From a virus (lineage: Duplodnaviria; Caudoviricetes), in IMG/VR virus record IMGVR_UViG_3300025875_000053, positions 1-41,685 of that record: a DNA stretch of 41,685 bases, one strand, 5' to 3'. Positions 26,272 to 36,588 of the stretch are shown one piece after another (positions within the stretch are counted from its first letter, which is position 1; every line of letters starts with the position of its first letter). The notes below the pieces were generated by a model. It saw nothing but the letters and a program-made list of their open reading frames with translations. It did not search any database and was not told where the DNA came from. Made by a program: the position numbers and the translations under genes.

Positions 26272-27264
26272 GTGACCACCAACCGTCAGGATCTCGAAAA
26301 CCTCATCCCGATCGAAACCTCGCAAGAGGTGATTCAGAAGGTCGCGAAGACGTCCGTCATGGAGGCGATCGCGCCGCCGGAGACGATGGCGAGCGACACG
26401 AAGCAGGTCGCGCGGTTCGGCGGGTTCTCCGTCGCGTCGGTCGCGAAGGGTGCCGAATACGGCTTCTCCACGAACACGCAGGATCTCGTGGACCTCATCG
26501 CGCGGAAGATCGGTGGCGCGGCGAAGGTGGCCGAAGAGGACCTCACGGACACGATCACCGGTGAAGGCACGATGCGCCGGTACGAGCAGGAGGCCGGCTC
26601 CGCGCTCGCGAAGACCTTCGACCACGCGTGCATCGGAACCACGGGCGCGATGAACGGAACGACGGTCCCGTTCCAATCCATCTACGCCTGCGTGGCGACG
26701 GCGCAGAGTACGCCGTGGGGAGCGTACGCGGCGGCAGCGAACCGGATCCAGGTCCCGCGCCTCACGGGTGGCAACCCGACTCCGGCCGCGACGTGGCTCG
26801 ACGCGGTGGCGGACTTCCTCGGGCTCTACGAGGAGAGCGACTTCTACGACGAGGCGAACACGTTCATGATCGCGTCGCCGCAGATCAAGCGCACGTTCCG
26901 CAAGATCCGCAACGGCGACGGCGAGCCGCTCTTCATCGACGGCAACCGTACCGGCGCGGGACCGTCCCTCTTCGGTGCGACGGACTTCCGGTTCTCCACG
27001 GGCGCGCGCACGCACGCGACGATGACGGACACTCCCACGGGGAACCCGCTCATCATCATCGGCAACCGCAACGCGTTGAAGCGCGGGCTCGCGCGGACGT
27101 CGGCCGGCATGGTCCCCGGCAATCCCGGCGTTCAGTGGCAGCGCGCGGCGCAGGGCATCGGCTTCCTCTCGGACGAAGCCATCATGAAGGCGATGATGCG
27201 CCGCGCCTTCGTCTGCACGGTCCCGCAGGCGATCGCGGTTCTCGAAATCACGCCGGGTTCCTGA
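26272..27264 (+). CDS. Major capsid protein (HK97 fold)
   Basis: LIP.E.SQEVI, LIARKIG...VAEEDL, LAKTFDHACIG; RBS GAAGGAG. Confidence 0.9.
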   Translation: MTTNRQDLENLIPIETSQEVIQKVAKTSVMEAIAPPETMASDTKQVARFGGFSVASVAKGAEYGFSTNTQDLVDLIARKIGGAAKVAEEDLTDTITGEGTMRRYEQEAGSALAKTFDHACIGTTGAMNGTTVPFQSIYACVATAQSTPWGAYAAAANRIQVPRLTGGNPTPAATWLDAVADFLGLYEESDFYDEANTFMIASPQIKRTFRKIRNGDGEPLFIDGNRTGAGPSLFGATDFRFSTGARTHATMTDTPTGNPLIIIGNRNALKRGLARTSAGMVPGNPGVQWQRAAQGIGFLSDEAIMKAMMRRAFVCTVPQAIAVLEITPGS

Positions 27265-27270
27265 TCGACT

Positions 27271-27303
27271 CCGGCCGTCCGGTTCCCCGTGCCGGACGGC
27301 CGG
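27271..27303 (+). terminator. Stem-loop after the capsid gene
   Basis: 12-bp inverted repeat CCGGCCGTCCGG/CCGGACGGCCGG. Confidence 0.6.
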
Positions 27304-27344
27304 TCCCCGTCTTTCCACTCGCAAACGCTCGAAAGGATCCGATC

Positions 27345-27617
27345 ATGTCGGACGAGACGAAGAACCTCGAAGGTCAGTCGTTCCGGAACGAGGCGCTCAC
27401 CGGTTCCGGCTCCATCACGTCGGACGGGACGTACGCCGATCCGCTGCCGGATCCCACGGAGGTACGCGGGATCTCGGAGCGTCGGACGTCCGGCGGCCGG
27501 CTCATCGCGGAGCCGCCGTCCTCGGAGGTGGCGGACGCGTTGAACCCGGACAAGGCGAAGCAGTCCACGCCGGCCGCGAAGGCGGCTCCCGCGAAGCAGA
27601 CGCGCGCGAACTCCTGA
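27345..27617 (+). CDS. Hypothetical virion-associated protein, 90 aa
   Basis: RBS GAAAGGA; followed by hairpin 27624-27660. Confidence 0.7.
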   Translation: MSDETKNLEGQSFRNEALTGSGSITSDGTYADPLPDPTEVRGISERRTSGGRLIAEPPSSEVADALNPDKAKQSTPAAKAAPAKQTRANS

Positions 27618-27687
27618 GAACTCCGCCGGGGACGAACGGTAGCCTCCTCCGTCCCCGGCGGCTCTCTCACGAAAGGAAGGTGATCGC

Positions 27688-28125
27688 ATGGCATGGGCAA
27701 CCGTCGAGCAAGTCCGGAACGTAACAGGGAAGGACTTCACGGAGGAGACGATCGCGCTCGCTTCGTCCATCATCGACACCTTCTCCGGCGCGGACGAGGA
27801 ACTCCCGGAGGACGCGATCTCCGGCGTGGATCGTCGGCACCTTCGGCGCGCTACCGCGTGGCAATGCTTCTTCGCGGTGAAGCCGGGACTCGTGGAGGAG
27901 CGCGAGAACGCGTCCACGGTCACGAGCGATACGCAGAGCATCACGCGCGAGGATCGCGCCGACGTCTTCCTTCATCCGCTTGCGCGGCGCGAACTCGCGT
28001 CGCTCTCGTGGATCGGCACGCGGACGGTTCTCGTTCCCCGCGTTGACGTCCGCTCGCAGGAACGGAACTTCCTCAACGAGCGCAGCGATCCGGCCGGCTT
28101 CGGTGGCGAAGGCGCGATACCGTGA
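27688..28125 (+). CDS. Head-to-tail adaptor
   Basis: MAWATVEQV start, size and synteny. Confidence 0.75.
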   Translation: MAWATVEQVRNVTGKDFTEETIALASSIIDTFSGADEELPEDAISGVDRRHLRRATAWQCFFAVKPGLVEERENASTVTSDTQSITREDRADVFLHPLARRELASLSWIGTRTVLVPRVDVRSQERNFLNERSDPAGFGGEGAIP

Positions 28126-28454
28126 TTGCGACTCCCACGACAACCGTGACGATTCTCGGCAGCGGCGAAGAGGAGTCCGAGTATGGCGACGTTCTCGACT
28201 CCGAAACGCCGGCCGGCTCCGGCATCCCCTGTTCCATTGTGGAAGGCCGGCAAATCGTCTCGACGGAATCGGATCCGCAGGCGCGCGCGATTCTGTACTA
28301 CACGGGCAGGGTTCCGAACGGAACGGTAGTCGATGAAACGAATCGACTCCGGGACGAGAAGACGGGAGAGACGTACGTCATCGATCACGTCACCCGTCCG
28401 CACAATCCGGTGATGAGTCCGGACGTAAGGCTTGATCTTCGACGCGTCCAGTAG
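28122..28454 (+). CDS. Head-to-tail stopper
   Basis: Beta-rich 110 aa, SEYGD, synteny. Confidence 0.7.
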   Translation: MIATPTTTVTILGSGEEESEYGDVLDSETPAGSGIPCSIVEGRQIVSTESDPQARAILYYTGRVPNGTVVDETNRLRDEKTGETYVIDHVTRPHNPVMSPDVRLDLRRVQ

Positions 28455-28523
28455 GGTACGCTCGACACGTCCTGACAAGGGACGCGGGACGGATGGACTA
28501 ACCCGACAAGGGGAGGTGGACGA

Positions 28524-28832
28524 ATGGCAGCACGGACGCGTGTCGTAATGAACGGTCCCGGACTCGTCCAACTCCGCCGCGTCGTGGACGCGGAAGCCGT
28601 TCACCCGATCACGGATCTCGTCGCAGAAGACGCGCGCCGCTACGTTCCTGTTCTCTCGGGAGACCTTCTCTCCACGATCGAGGCGGAACATCTCGAAGGC
28701 GAAGGCCGGGTTCACTGCGGAGACATCGGGCGCGGGATCGACTATCACCTCTATCAAGAGTTCGGAACCTCCAAGATGGAGGCGCAACCGTACATGCGGC
28801 CGGCTCTCTTCAAAACACGGGTGATCGCATGA
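28524..28832 (+). CDS. HK97 gp10-like neck protein
   Basis: VPVLSGDL..I and YQEFGTSKMEAQPYMRPA. Confidence 0.85.
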   Translation: MAARTRVVMNGPGLVQLRRVVDAEAVHPITDLVAEDARRYVPVLSGDLLSTIEAEHLEGEGRVHCGDIGRGIDYHLYQEFGTSKMEAQPYMRPALFKTRVIA

Positions 28833-29290
28833 CGGCTCCCAACCTCCACCACCCGACAAGCGAGTCTGTCGCCGTAGCGTGGCTTAAAACGTGGTTTCCG
28901 GTAGGCGTGGCGACGACGCTCCCGAAGCCGGGCACGTGGAGCGTTCTCTCCGGCGACATTCAAGGCTTCGGAACCGTGGCGATCGTAGGCGGCAGGATCG
29001 CGGCCGGCTTCGGCCGGATGCCCGTCGTCTCTCTCGGAACATGGGCGGCCGTTCCTGGCAGCGATCGGCCGCAGTGGAACGCATCGAACCAACTCGCGGA
29101 GAAGATCGTCCGCGTCTGCCTCACTCCGACGTTCGCTCCCGTATTCGTCCGTCAGTCTGCCGGGTACGAACGCGCACTCGTCCACGGAGTACGTCTCGTC
29201 TCCGAACCGAGACGCATCCCGGATCCGGACGCGTCCACGGCACATTACGAGACAGAGTTCGTCCTCGTGTGGACGGCCGAACCGGACTAA
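28829..29290 (+). CDS. Tail terminator
   Basis: Size and synteny before the tail tube gene. Confidence 0.7.
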   Translation: MTAPNLHHPTSESVAVAWLKTWFPVGVATTLPKPGTWSVLSGDIQGFGTVAIVGGRIAAGFGRMPVVSLGTWAAVPGSDRPQWNASNQLAEKIVRVCLTPTFAPVFVRQSAGYERALVHGVRLVSEPRRIPDPDASTAHYETEFVLVWTAEPD

Positions 29291-29304
29291 CCGAAGGAGA
29301 CGCA

Positions 29305-29463
29305 ATGCGAACCATCCGTACCACGATCCGTCCGGACGAGACGATCGAAGTCGAGGAGGACGAGTTCGCGGACTTGTCCGCGCAGGGACTCGTGAAGGAA
29401 GAGATCACGGCGGAGGCTCCGAAGCCGAAGCCGGCGACGCAGGGAGGAACGTCGAATGCCTAG
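29305..29463 (+). CDS. Small hypothetical protein, 52 aa
   Basis: RBS GAAGGAG; MRTIRTTIRPDETIEV. Confidence 0.7.
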   Translation: MRTIRTTIRPDETIEVEEDEFADLSAQGLVKEEITAEAPKPKPATQGGTSNA

Positions 29464-30031
29464 CGCATCGAACATCATCGCCGGAGCGGCGGAACTCTTC
29501 CGCGCAGAGTTCGGCGCGACGGAGCCGGCCGATACCGCCGTGGCCGATCCGATCGCGGCTCCGTTCGCGAGTCTCGGCGGAACGGACGACGGGGTAACGC
29601 TGAACGTCGCGCACGAATGGATGAATCTGCGCATGGATCAGATCATCGATTCGGCCGGCAAGCGGAAGACGGGACGGACGATCACCGTCGCGACGAACCT
29701 CGTGGAGGGGACGCTCGAAAACCTCCTCCTCGCGCTCTCGCAGAACGAGGACACGATCGACACCGGAGGGGTCGGCGCAACCGCGTTCCGCGCCTTCGAC
29801 GTCGAGGGGGACGATTCCGGCGCGGAGCCGGATTACTCGTCCATCATCCTCCGGGGACGCGCGCCTCTCGGCAAGCGCCGCCTGTTCATCCTGCGGAAGG
29901 CGCTCTCCGTCGAGGACGTCGAAGCCGCGTACAAGAAGGACGATCAGTGGCTCATCCCGGTCACGTTCGAGTGCCATTGGGTGTCCACGTCGATCCGGCC
30001 GTTCCGCGTGGTGGAGTCGGCCGCAGTGTGA
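29456..30031 (+). CDS. Major tail (tube) protein
   Basis: LGGTDDGVTL, TNLVEGTLENL, AYKKDDQWLIPVTF; precedes the chaperone. Confidence 0.85.
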   Translation: MPSASNIIAGAAELFRAEFGATEPADTAVADPIAAPFASLGGTDDGVTLNVAHEWMNLRMDQIIDSAGKRKTGRTITVATNLVEGTLENLLLALSQNEDTIDTGGVGATAFRAFDVEGDDSGAEPDYSSIILRGRAPLGKRRLFILRKALSVEDVEAAYKKDDQWLIPVTFECHWVSTSIRPFRVVESAAV

Positions 30032-30032
30032 C

Positions 30033-30119
30033 GTGTGAGCTGTGTGAGTACCCCTAGGAAAACTCTCTACGCGTAGGGTTCTATAGGGATTTTCCTGAGG
30101 CTACTCACACAGCTCACAC
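30033..30119. repeat. 87-bp palindromic element 2
   Basis: Same 18-bp terminal inverted repeats as 16847-16933; inner arms in inverted order. Confidence 0.8.
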
Positions 30120-30166
30120 ACTCAGAGTTTCCGCACGTCAACCGCTATATGGAGGAGGCTACCCCC

Positions 30167-30481
30167 ATGTTCAAGATCGACACTCAGCACACGACGGCTC
30201 CGGAGTGGCGCAGCAAGCGCGAGCCGCTCTTCGAGATCGACGGCAAGGAGTACACGGTCCCCGTCGAAGTCGGCGCGGAGATCGGGCTCCGCGCCGCGAA
30301 GATCGTGGAGGAGCGCGGGCAGATTGCCGGCGAACTCTACGCGATCGAGCAGACGATCGGGATGGAGGCGTACGAAGCGCTGTGCGCCGTCGAAGGTCTC
30401 CCGAAGAAGGTTCTCTCCGGCATCATGAGCGTCTGCCGCGAGAAGGTGTTCGGCGGGATGGACGAAGAGGGAAAAGGCTAG
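30167..30481 (+). CDS. Tail assembly chaperone (G)
   Basis: RBS GGAGGAGG; lies between tail tube and tape measure; ends in slippery site. Confidence 0.8.
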   Translation: MFKIDTQHTTAPEWRSKREPLFEIDGKEYTVPVEVGAEIGLRAAKIVEERGQIAGELYAIEQTIGMEAYEALCAVEGLPKKVLSGIMSVCREKVFGGMDEEGKG

Positions 30482-30771
30482 GTGATCGGCTCGCGCAGAT
30501 CGGTTGGATCGTCCATCACGAACGGGACGTTCTCGCTGACTTCCGCGCGATCTATCACCTCGCATGGCGCGACGCGCTCGCGCTGCCGGCTCCGGAGTTC
30601 TTCGCTCTCGCGTCGCGACTCCCCGCGTATCCCGGCGTGATCCGTCTTCGGGCGGAGGAGCAGGAAGCAAAGGTAACGCGCAACGTCAAACCGGGCGCGC
30701 GCCTCGTGGAAAGCGAGCGCGACGCGATCGAGCGAGATCCGCTCCTCGCAGGGTTGATCGAGTTCGGATAA
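30167..30771 (+). CDS. Tail assembly chaperone G-T, -1 frameshift product
   Basis: G GGA AAA at 30469-30475; -1 frame continues ...VLADFRAIYHL...RLPAYPGVIR to 30771. Confidence 0.8.
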
Positions 30772-30780
30772 GGAGCGAGC

Positions 30781-33084
30781 ATGGCGGACGGCTTCAAGAT
30801 CGCAGACGCTTATGTGTCTGTGCTCGCGGACATTGACGAACGGTCCGTAGAGTCGTCCGCCATGACTGCCGGCGATCGAGCCGGCTCCGTGATGGGCACT
30901 TCGACCGTCAAGTCCTTCTCCTCGAAAATGCGTGGCGCGAACGGACAGTTCGTGGCGGCCGGCAGGATCTCCGGCGAAGGAGTCGGAAAGGGAGCAGGCG
31001 ACGGCATCGGAGACGGCGCGTCCGGCAAGCGCGGTCTCATGGGGAAGATCGGTGGACTTCTCGGCGGGGACATGGGCGGAGGGTTGATCGGCTCGATCGG
31101 TGGGATGGGCTCGAAGTTGGGAGCCGTCATGCCGTCCGCGCTCGCGAACCCGTACGTTCTCGCGGCCGTCGCCGTTGCCGGCGCGCTTCTCGCGCCTGCT
31201 CTCATGGCCGGTCTCTCCGGCGCGCTCATTGCGGGAGCCGGTCTCGGAGTCATCGGGATCGGCGCGGCGCTCCTCAAAGATAACCCGGCAGTGAAGAAGG
31301 CCGGGACGTCTCTCGGTAAGTCCTTCAAGGACACGATGGTTAAGGCGGCGCAACCGCTCGTCAAGCCGATCGTGTCTTCTCTCGGCATGATTCAAACGTT
31401 CGTGAAAAAGGAACTAGGTCCGTCCTTTACGCGAATGTTCAAGGACGTCGCTCCCGCGATCGGCCCGTTGACACAAGGAATCCTCGGACTCGTGCGCGGA
31501 GCGCTGCCAGGATTCGAGGCGCTCGTAAAAGCGAGCGGTCCGTTCCTCACGAGTCTCGGACCGGGATTGACAGCGCTAGGCGAAGGTCTCGGGCAATTCA
31601 TGGGGATTATCGCCACGGCCGGTCCGGAGGCGAGTCTCTTCTTCGGGGACATGCTTAAGTTCCTCGGATTCCTGATCGCGATGATTGGGACCAATATCGC
31701 GGCAATGGCGAAGTTCTACGGAGTCGTTCGGAACTTCTTCACGAACATTCCCGGATGGACGTCGGCCGCGATCGGTTGGTTCAAGAACCTAGGCTCCACG
31801 ATCTCCGGATGGGTTTCATCCGTAGGCGCGTGGTTCTCTTCGGCCGGCTCCTCGATCTCCGGATTCTTCTCCGGATTGTGGGGATCGATAACCGGGTTCT
31901 TCTCCGGCGTAGGCGCGTGGTTCGCGGCGCTGCCGGGACGATTCGGCGCGGCGCTCTCGTCTCTATGGGGAACGATCTCGGGATGGGGAACGAGTGTCGG
32001 CGCGTTCTTCTCTGCGCTCCCCGGTCGGATCGGCGCGTTCCTCATGGCGCTTCCCGGCGTGATCGGTAACGCGTTTAAAACGGCGATGCACGCAGCGCTA
32101 TTCGCAGTCGGGTTCGCGATCGGCTCGATCATCGATTTCTTCATCAAGCTTCCCGGCCGCGCGCGCTCCGCCGTCTCGACACTTTGGGGAGCGATCTCCG
32201 GCGCGTTCAACTCCGCGAAGTCGAATGCGATTGCGGCAGGAACCGCGCTCGTGAACGGAGTCATCAACTTCTTCCGGACCGCTCCCGGTAAGGCGCGCGC
32301 CGCGTTCGCCTCGTTGTGGAGTTCGATCTCCGGAGCGTTCTCGTCCGCGAAGTCGAATGCGCAGAATCAGGCGACATCACTCGTTAACAATGTGACGAAC
32401 TTCTTCCGGCAGCTTCCGGGGAAGGCGCGCTCCGCCGTCTCCTCGTTGTGGGGATCGATGTCCGGCGCGTTCTCCTCCGCCGTTTCGGCCGCGCGCTCGA
32501 AGGCGAGCGAACTCGTCAACGGCGCGATCTCGTACCTTCGGGGACTTCCCGGTAAGGCGCGCTCCGCTGTCTCCGGCGTGAAGGGTTCGATCCTCGGAGC
32601 GTTCTCCGGCGCGGGAGGGTGGCTCCGCTCCGCAGGCTCCGCGATCATGTCCGGTCTCGCGGCCGGCATCCGGGCGGCCGTGGGACAAGCGATCTCCGCC
32701 GCAGTCGGCGCGATGAAGTCCGTCCTCTCCGGCGCGAAAGCGGCTCTCGGAATCTCGTCCCCGTCGAAGGTGTTCCGGGATCAAGTCGGCCGATGGCTGC
32801 TCCCCGGTATGTCTCTCGGCGTGAAGCGCTCCATCCCGCTCGCGCGCGCGAAGATGGCAGCGGCCGTCCGCTCGATCGTCCCGCAAGTCCACGCGGCGGC
32901 AGCGGCGGCCGGCATCCGGCCTTCGTCTCCGGGACCGTCCGCCACGACGGCGACCGGTACGACGTACGTCTTCGCGGCCGGCTCCGTCACTCTCGACGCG
33001 TCGAAGATGAAGAGCATCGAGGACGTTGTTAACCTGATCTCGGGTATGCAACGGTCCGCGCGAACCGTCCACGCGGCAGGCTAA
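30781..33084 (+). CDS. Tape measure protein
   Basis: 767 aa, Ala/Gly/Ser-rich, FKIADAYV start, 44-aa repeats, LGISSPSKVF. Confidence 0.92.
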   Translation: MADGFKIADAYVSVLADIDERSVESSAMTAGDRAGSVMGTSTVKSFSSKMRGANGQFVAAGRISGEGVGKGAGDGIGDGASGKRGLMGKIGGLLGGDMGGGLIGSIGGMGSKLGAVMPSALANPYVLAAVAVAGALLAPALMAGLSGALIAGAGLGVIGIGAALLKDNPAVKKAGTSLGKSFKDTMVKAAQPLVKPIVSSLGMIQTFVKKELGPSFTRMFKDVAPAIGPLTQGILGLVRGALPGFEALVKASGPFLTSLGPGLTALGEGLGQFMGIIATAGPEASLFFGDMLKFLGFLIAMIGTNIAAMAKFYGVVRNFFTNIPGWTSAAIGWFKNLGSTISGWVSSVGAWFSSAGSSISGFFSGLWGSITGFFSGVGAWFAALPGRFGAALSSLWGTISGWGTSVGAFFSALPGRIGAFLMALPGVIGNAFKTAMHAALFAVGFAIGSIIDFFIKLPGRARSAVSTLWGAISGAFNSAKSNAIAAGTALVNGVINFFRTAPGKARAAFASLWSSISGAFSSAKSNAQNQATSLVNNVTNFFRQLPGKARSAVSSLWGSMSGAFSSAVSAARSKASELVNGAISYLRGLPGKARSAVSGVKGSILGAFSGAGGWLRSAGSAIMSGLAAGIRAAVGQAISAAVGAMKSVLSGAKAALGISSPSKVFRDQVGRWLLPGMSLGVKRSIPLARAKMAAAVRSIVPQVHAAAAAAGIRPSSPGPSATTATGTTYVFAAGSVTLDASKMKSIEDVVNLISGMQRSARTVHAAG

Positions 33085-33094
33085 GGGAGCAGGA

Positions 33095-33442
33095 ATGGCA
33101 ACGGCATCCGAGAACGCACGAGCGCGCACGCGCGCTGTGAGGGACGCGTACGACGGTCCGGCGACCGTCTCCACTCCGGACGGAGACGTCGCGATCGAGA
33201 GCCTCGTTGCTCACGACGACGGACTCCGCTCGCGCGTGGAGGTTCGCGTCTCGGACGCTGCCGGCGGGGATCCGGATTTCGTGATCGTCAACCCTCCGAC
33301 GCTCGTCCCGGATCCGGCCGGGGAGATCGTGGTTCACGGCGTACGCTGCCGTGAGGATCCGCTCGCGGCCGTCGCGTACGTGATCGCATCGAACGGTGGA
33401 GCGGCAATGAAGCAGAAGAACGCGCGGAGGGGGATCCGATGA
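33095..33442 (+). CDS. Hypothetical tail-region protein, 115 aa
   Basis: Coupled to the following gene; FVIVNPPTLVPDP. Confidence 0.7.
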   Translation: MATASENARARTRAVRDAYDGPATVSTPDGDVAIESLVAHDDGLRSRVEVRVSDAAGGDPDFVIVNPPTLVPDPAGEIVVHGVRCREDPLAAVAYVIASNGGAAMKQKNARRGIR

Positions 33443-36400
33443 CGGTAACGATCGTATTCGGCAAGACGTCGGACGGATACCTCTACTCCTACGACGCGAG
33501 CCAAACGAACTCCCGGAACGGTCCCGCCGATGGAGCAACGGGAGGGAATACCGCGTTCGTCGGCCGGAACAACAATGACGGACAGTACGCGACGTTCCTC
33601 TCCTATCTCGGCTACGACTATCCGGCGATCCCTGCGTCCGACGTCGTTACCGCTGCCGCCGTTCGCGTCTACGTGTATAACCAACTCTCTGCCTCGTTCG
33701 CGCAGGATCTCGTGTGGCGCGGGTTCGCGTGGAGCGGCTCCGGCTTGACGGTTGCCGACTGGCGCAACCCGACACAGATCGCAGCGCTCCGCCATGATGG
33801 ACTCGTCCACATGCTGTCCGGCGCAACGGGGAAGACGGTTCAGGCTTCCTCGGATGAGTTGCTCGCAGCGATGCGGCCGGCGACGTCGATGGAACACCTT
33901 CTCCACACGAACTACAACCTTGCCGGCGCGGCTCCGACGCGGGACGAGGCGATCGCGCTTGCGACTACGGAGCAGGCGGGAACGGCGTTCGATCCGATGC
34001 TCGTTTATACGAGCGTCACGCGGAATACGCTCTTCGGCGTTCTCGGCGCGCAAGTGGAACTCTCGGACGGGTGGGCATGGCTCGAATCGAATGGAGCCGC
34101 GACTCCGACGATCACGCTTAAGTACCGCCCATTCGGCTCCGCCACGGTAACGCAGATCGCGACGATTCCGATCGGCGCGGCCGTGAACCAATTCGCCGTG
34201 CCTGCCGGGTATCAGGCGCTCGCGCTCGTGGCGGATCCGGCCGGCAACCTCTGCGTTCTCGGACGCTACTCGCAGGCGGAGAACTCGCTCGCGCTCCTCG
34301 CGTTTCAGCGCGGAGGCGGAGTCACGTGGACAGTCAAGCCGATGCGCTCCACGTCGATGCCGACGTACGGCGCGGCGATCAATCAAGTCGTCGCACTCTG
34401 GCACCCGTTCGGCTCCGGCTCGATCCTCGCGTTCGTCGGACACATCGGATCGGCCGGCGATTCCGTCGTACACAACGAAACGCAACACGCGATCTTCGAC
34501 TTCGCGCCGCTCCTCGCGAACACGGGGAACGGGCTCCGGGGATCCGGGAACTCGCTGCCTGCTCTCGGCGTAGTCGCGCCGCCGTCCGGATACTTCAACG
34601 CGTGGCACAACGAGACCGGAACGGGGATGGACGTAGCGTCTCCGTCACAGATCCCGCCGGGCTCCGCCGATCAGGCGTACTTCTACTCCTTCGGCGGAGA
34701 TCAGAATCTCGGAGACAACCGCGCGCTCTCGGAAGGGTGGTACATCCTCAACGCTGCTTCGACTGGGTTCCAATGGACGAAGACAGTGAGCACGAACGGA
34801 TACGGCCGGAAGGACGCGGCCGGGAAGGTTCGCGTCGTTCCCGTTTCCTCGCAGGCGGCAGCGTTCATTTCGGCGGACAGCGATTCGTCATGGGGAATCT
34901 CGATCAAAGTCAAGAACCATACGGGGACGGACTCGACTCTCATCGGCGCGGAGAACCTTTCCGGTCTCGGGATCCCGTCGATGCCGGACGGTCCCGCGAT
35001 CGCGCAAACGGCCGCATGGGATGCTGTCTACAACGAGATCGAGAATGCGATCCACGTCTATTACGTGGACGCGGCGGATGCCGGCCGCGTGCGCCGTACC
35101 GTCTTCGACTTGAACACGATGAACGGTCGGCTCAATGAGACGCTCGTTTACGACGACGCAGGCGCGGGAACCGTTAAGGCGATCCGCGTTCAGCGGAACT
35201 CCGGCGTAGGACAAACGACGCTCGTGACAATCGCGATCGACACTGCCGGCGTACTCACGACGCAGTACGTTGTGGACACGTTCAATATCGCGCCGACTGC
35301 TCCGACGCTTGTCACTCGCGCGAACTTCGACGCGGCGCAGGCCGCTAACTTCGATTGGGATTTCAACGATCCGAACGGCGATCCGCAGTACGCATATCAG
35401 CTTGAAATCTCGCGGATCTCCGATGAGGTAGTGGTTCTCGATACGGGGAAGACGCTCTCCGCCGTATCGAACCGGACCGTTGCCGGGAACACGATCGCGA
35501 ACGGGTTCGATTACCGATGGCGCGTGAAGGCATGGGATCCGTCCGACGTCGAATCCCCGTGGAGCACGTACGGCACCTTCACCGCTTCGGCCGGAGGAAC
35601 CGTCACGATCACGGCTCCGGCCGTGAACAACCCGCTCGACGTCATCACGGACGATATCCCGATCGCGTGGAGCGTCGCCGGTACCGTTCAGGCGGCTTAC
35701 CGCGTGTGGCTCTACCGTGGCGCGACTCTCGTCTCCGATACGAATTGGATCGCGTCCGGCGCGACGACGGCGACCGTTGCGGGAATGCTCTCGGATCAGG
35801 CGCACGAGATCCGCGTTCAGGTTCGCAACGCGCAGGCGGTAGTGACGAACATAGCGACGCGGACGCTCACGCCTTCGTACTCCACGCCGGAGAAGCCGAT
35901 CGTCTCCGTCACGCCGCAACCCGAAGACGGCTTCGCGCTCGTGACGATCGACAATCCGACTCCCGGCGCTCCGGCTCTCGGCATTCCGGAAGCCGGCTTC
36001 GAGACCGGCGTCTCCGGTTGGCAGGCGGGACCGAACGCGGCCGTTGCGGCGGAGGCCGGCATCGTTCACCGGGGAGTCGGCGCGCTGCGCATCACGTCCA
36101 CGCTGAACGGGCAGGATCCCGTTTACGCGCGCGACTACCCGAACCAACGGGACGTGATCGCGGGACAGCGCTATACGGCGCGCATGTGGGTTTACGCGTC
36201 GATTCAGTGCAACGTCTCCGCAACTATCGATTGGTCAACCGCAGCGTTCGCGTACCTCTCCTCCTCCTCGTTCGGGACGCTCGTTCCCGCTGCCACGTGG
36301 ACGCAGATTCAGGTGACCGGTACCGCTCCGGCGACGGCCGCGAAGGCTGTCTATGGGCCGTCGATCGCGGGAGGCGTGGCGGCCGGGACGTACGTCATCC

Positions 36401-36588
36401 TTGACGAGGTGACGCTAGGCAACGCGTCGGACCGTCCGGAGACCGCAGAGAATCAGATCCTCCGCCGGATCGCGGGAACGGACGACGCGTTCGAGATCCT
36501 CGGAACGGCGGATCCGGATGGATCGTTCCGGGACTACACTGCTACCGCAGGCATCACGTACGAATACCGCGTGAGGGGGAACGCGTAA
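33439..36588 (+). CDS. Large minor tail protein with FN3/Ig-like and carbohydrate-binding-like domains
   Basis: FDWDFNDPNGDPQYAYQL, YRWRVKAWD, GFETGVSGW...YTARMWV. Confidence 0.8.
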   Translation: MTVTIVFGKTSDGYLYSYDASQTNSRNGPADGATGGNTAFVGRNNNDGQYATFLSYLGYDYPAIPASDVVTAAAVRVYVYNQLSASFAQDLVWRGFAWSGSGLTVADWRNPTQIAALRHDGLVHMLSGATGKTVQASSDELLAAMRPATSMEHLLHTNYNLAGAAPTRDEAIALATTEQAGTAFDPMLVYTSVTRNTLFGVLGAQVELSDGWAWLESNGAATPTITLKYRPFGSATVTQIATIPIGAAVNQFAVPAGYQALALVADPAGNLCVLGRYSQAENSLALLAFQRGGGVTWTVKPMRSTSMPTYGAAINQVVALWHPFGSGSILAFVGHIGSAGDSVVHNETQHAIFDFAPLLANTGNGLRGSGNSLPALGVVAPPSGYFNAWHNETGTGMDVASPSQIPPGSADQAYFYSFGGDQNLGDNRALSEGWYILNAASTGFQWTKTVSTNGYGRKDAAGKVRVVPVSSQAAAFISADSDSSWGISIKVKNHTGTDSTLIGAENLSGLGIPSMPDGPAIAQTAAWDAVYNEIENAIHVYYVDAADAGRVRRTVFDLNTMNGRLNETLVYDDAGAGTVKAIRVQRNSGVGQTTLVTIAIDTAGVLTTQYVVDTFNIAPTAPTLVTRANFDAAQAANFDWDFNDPNGDPQYAYQLEISRISDEVVVLDTGKTLSAVSNRTVAGNTIANGFDYRWRVKAWDPSDVESPWSTYGTFTASAGGTVTITAPAVNNPLDVITDDIPIAWSVAGTVQAAYRVWLYRGATLVSDTNWIASGATTATVAGMLSDQAHEIRVQVRNAQAVVTNIATRTLTPSYSTPEKPIVSVTPQPEDGFALVTIDNPTPGAPALGIPEAGFETGVSGWQAGPNAAVAAEAGIVHRGVGALRITSTLNGQDPVYARDYPNQRDVIAGQRYTARMWVYASIQCNVSATIDWSTAAFAYLSSSSFGTLVPAATWTQIQVTGTAPATAAKAVYGPSIAGGVAAGTYVILDEVTLGNASDRPETAENQILRRIAGTDDAFEILGTADPDGSFRDYTATAGITYEYRVRGNA

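Noticed and set aside
30469-30475. Tail chaperone frameshift as a novelty
   Set aside because: Supported by the sequence but canonical for siphophages
32130-32620. 44-aa repeats in the tape measure protein
   Set aside because: 11-residue-based periodicity is normal for TMPs
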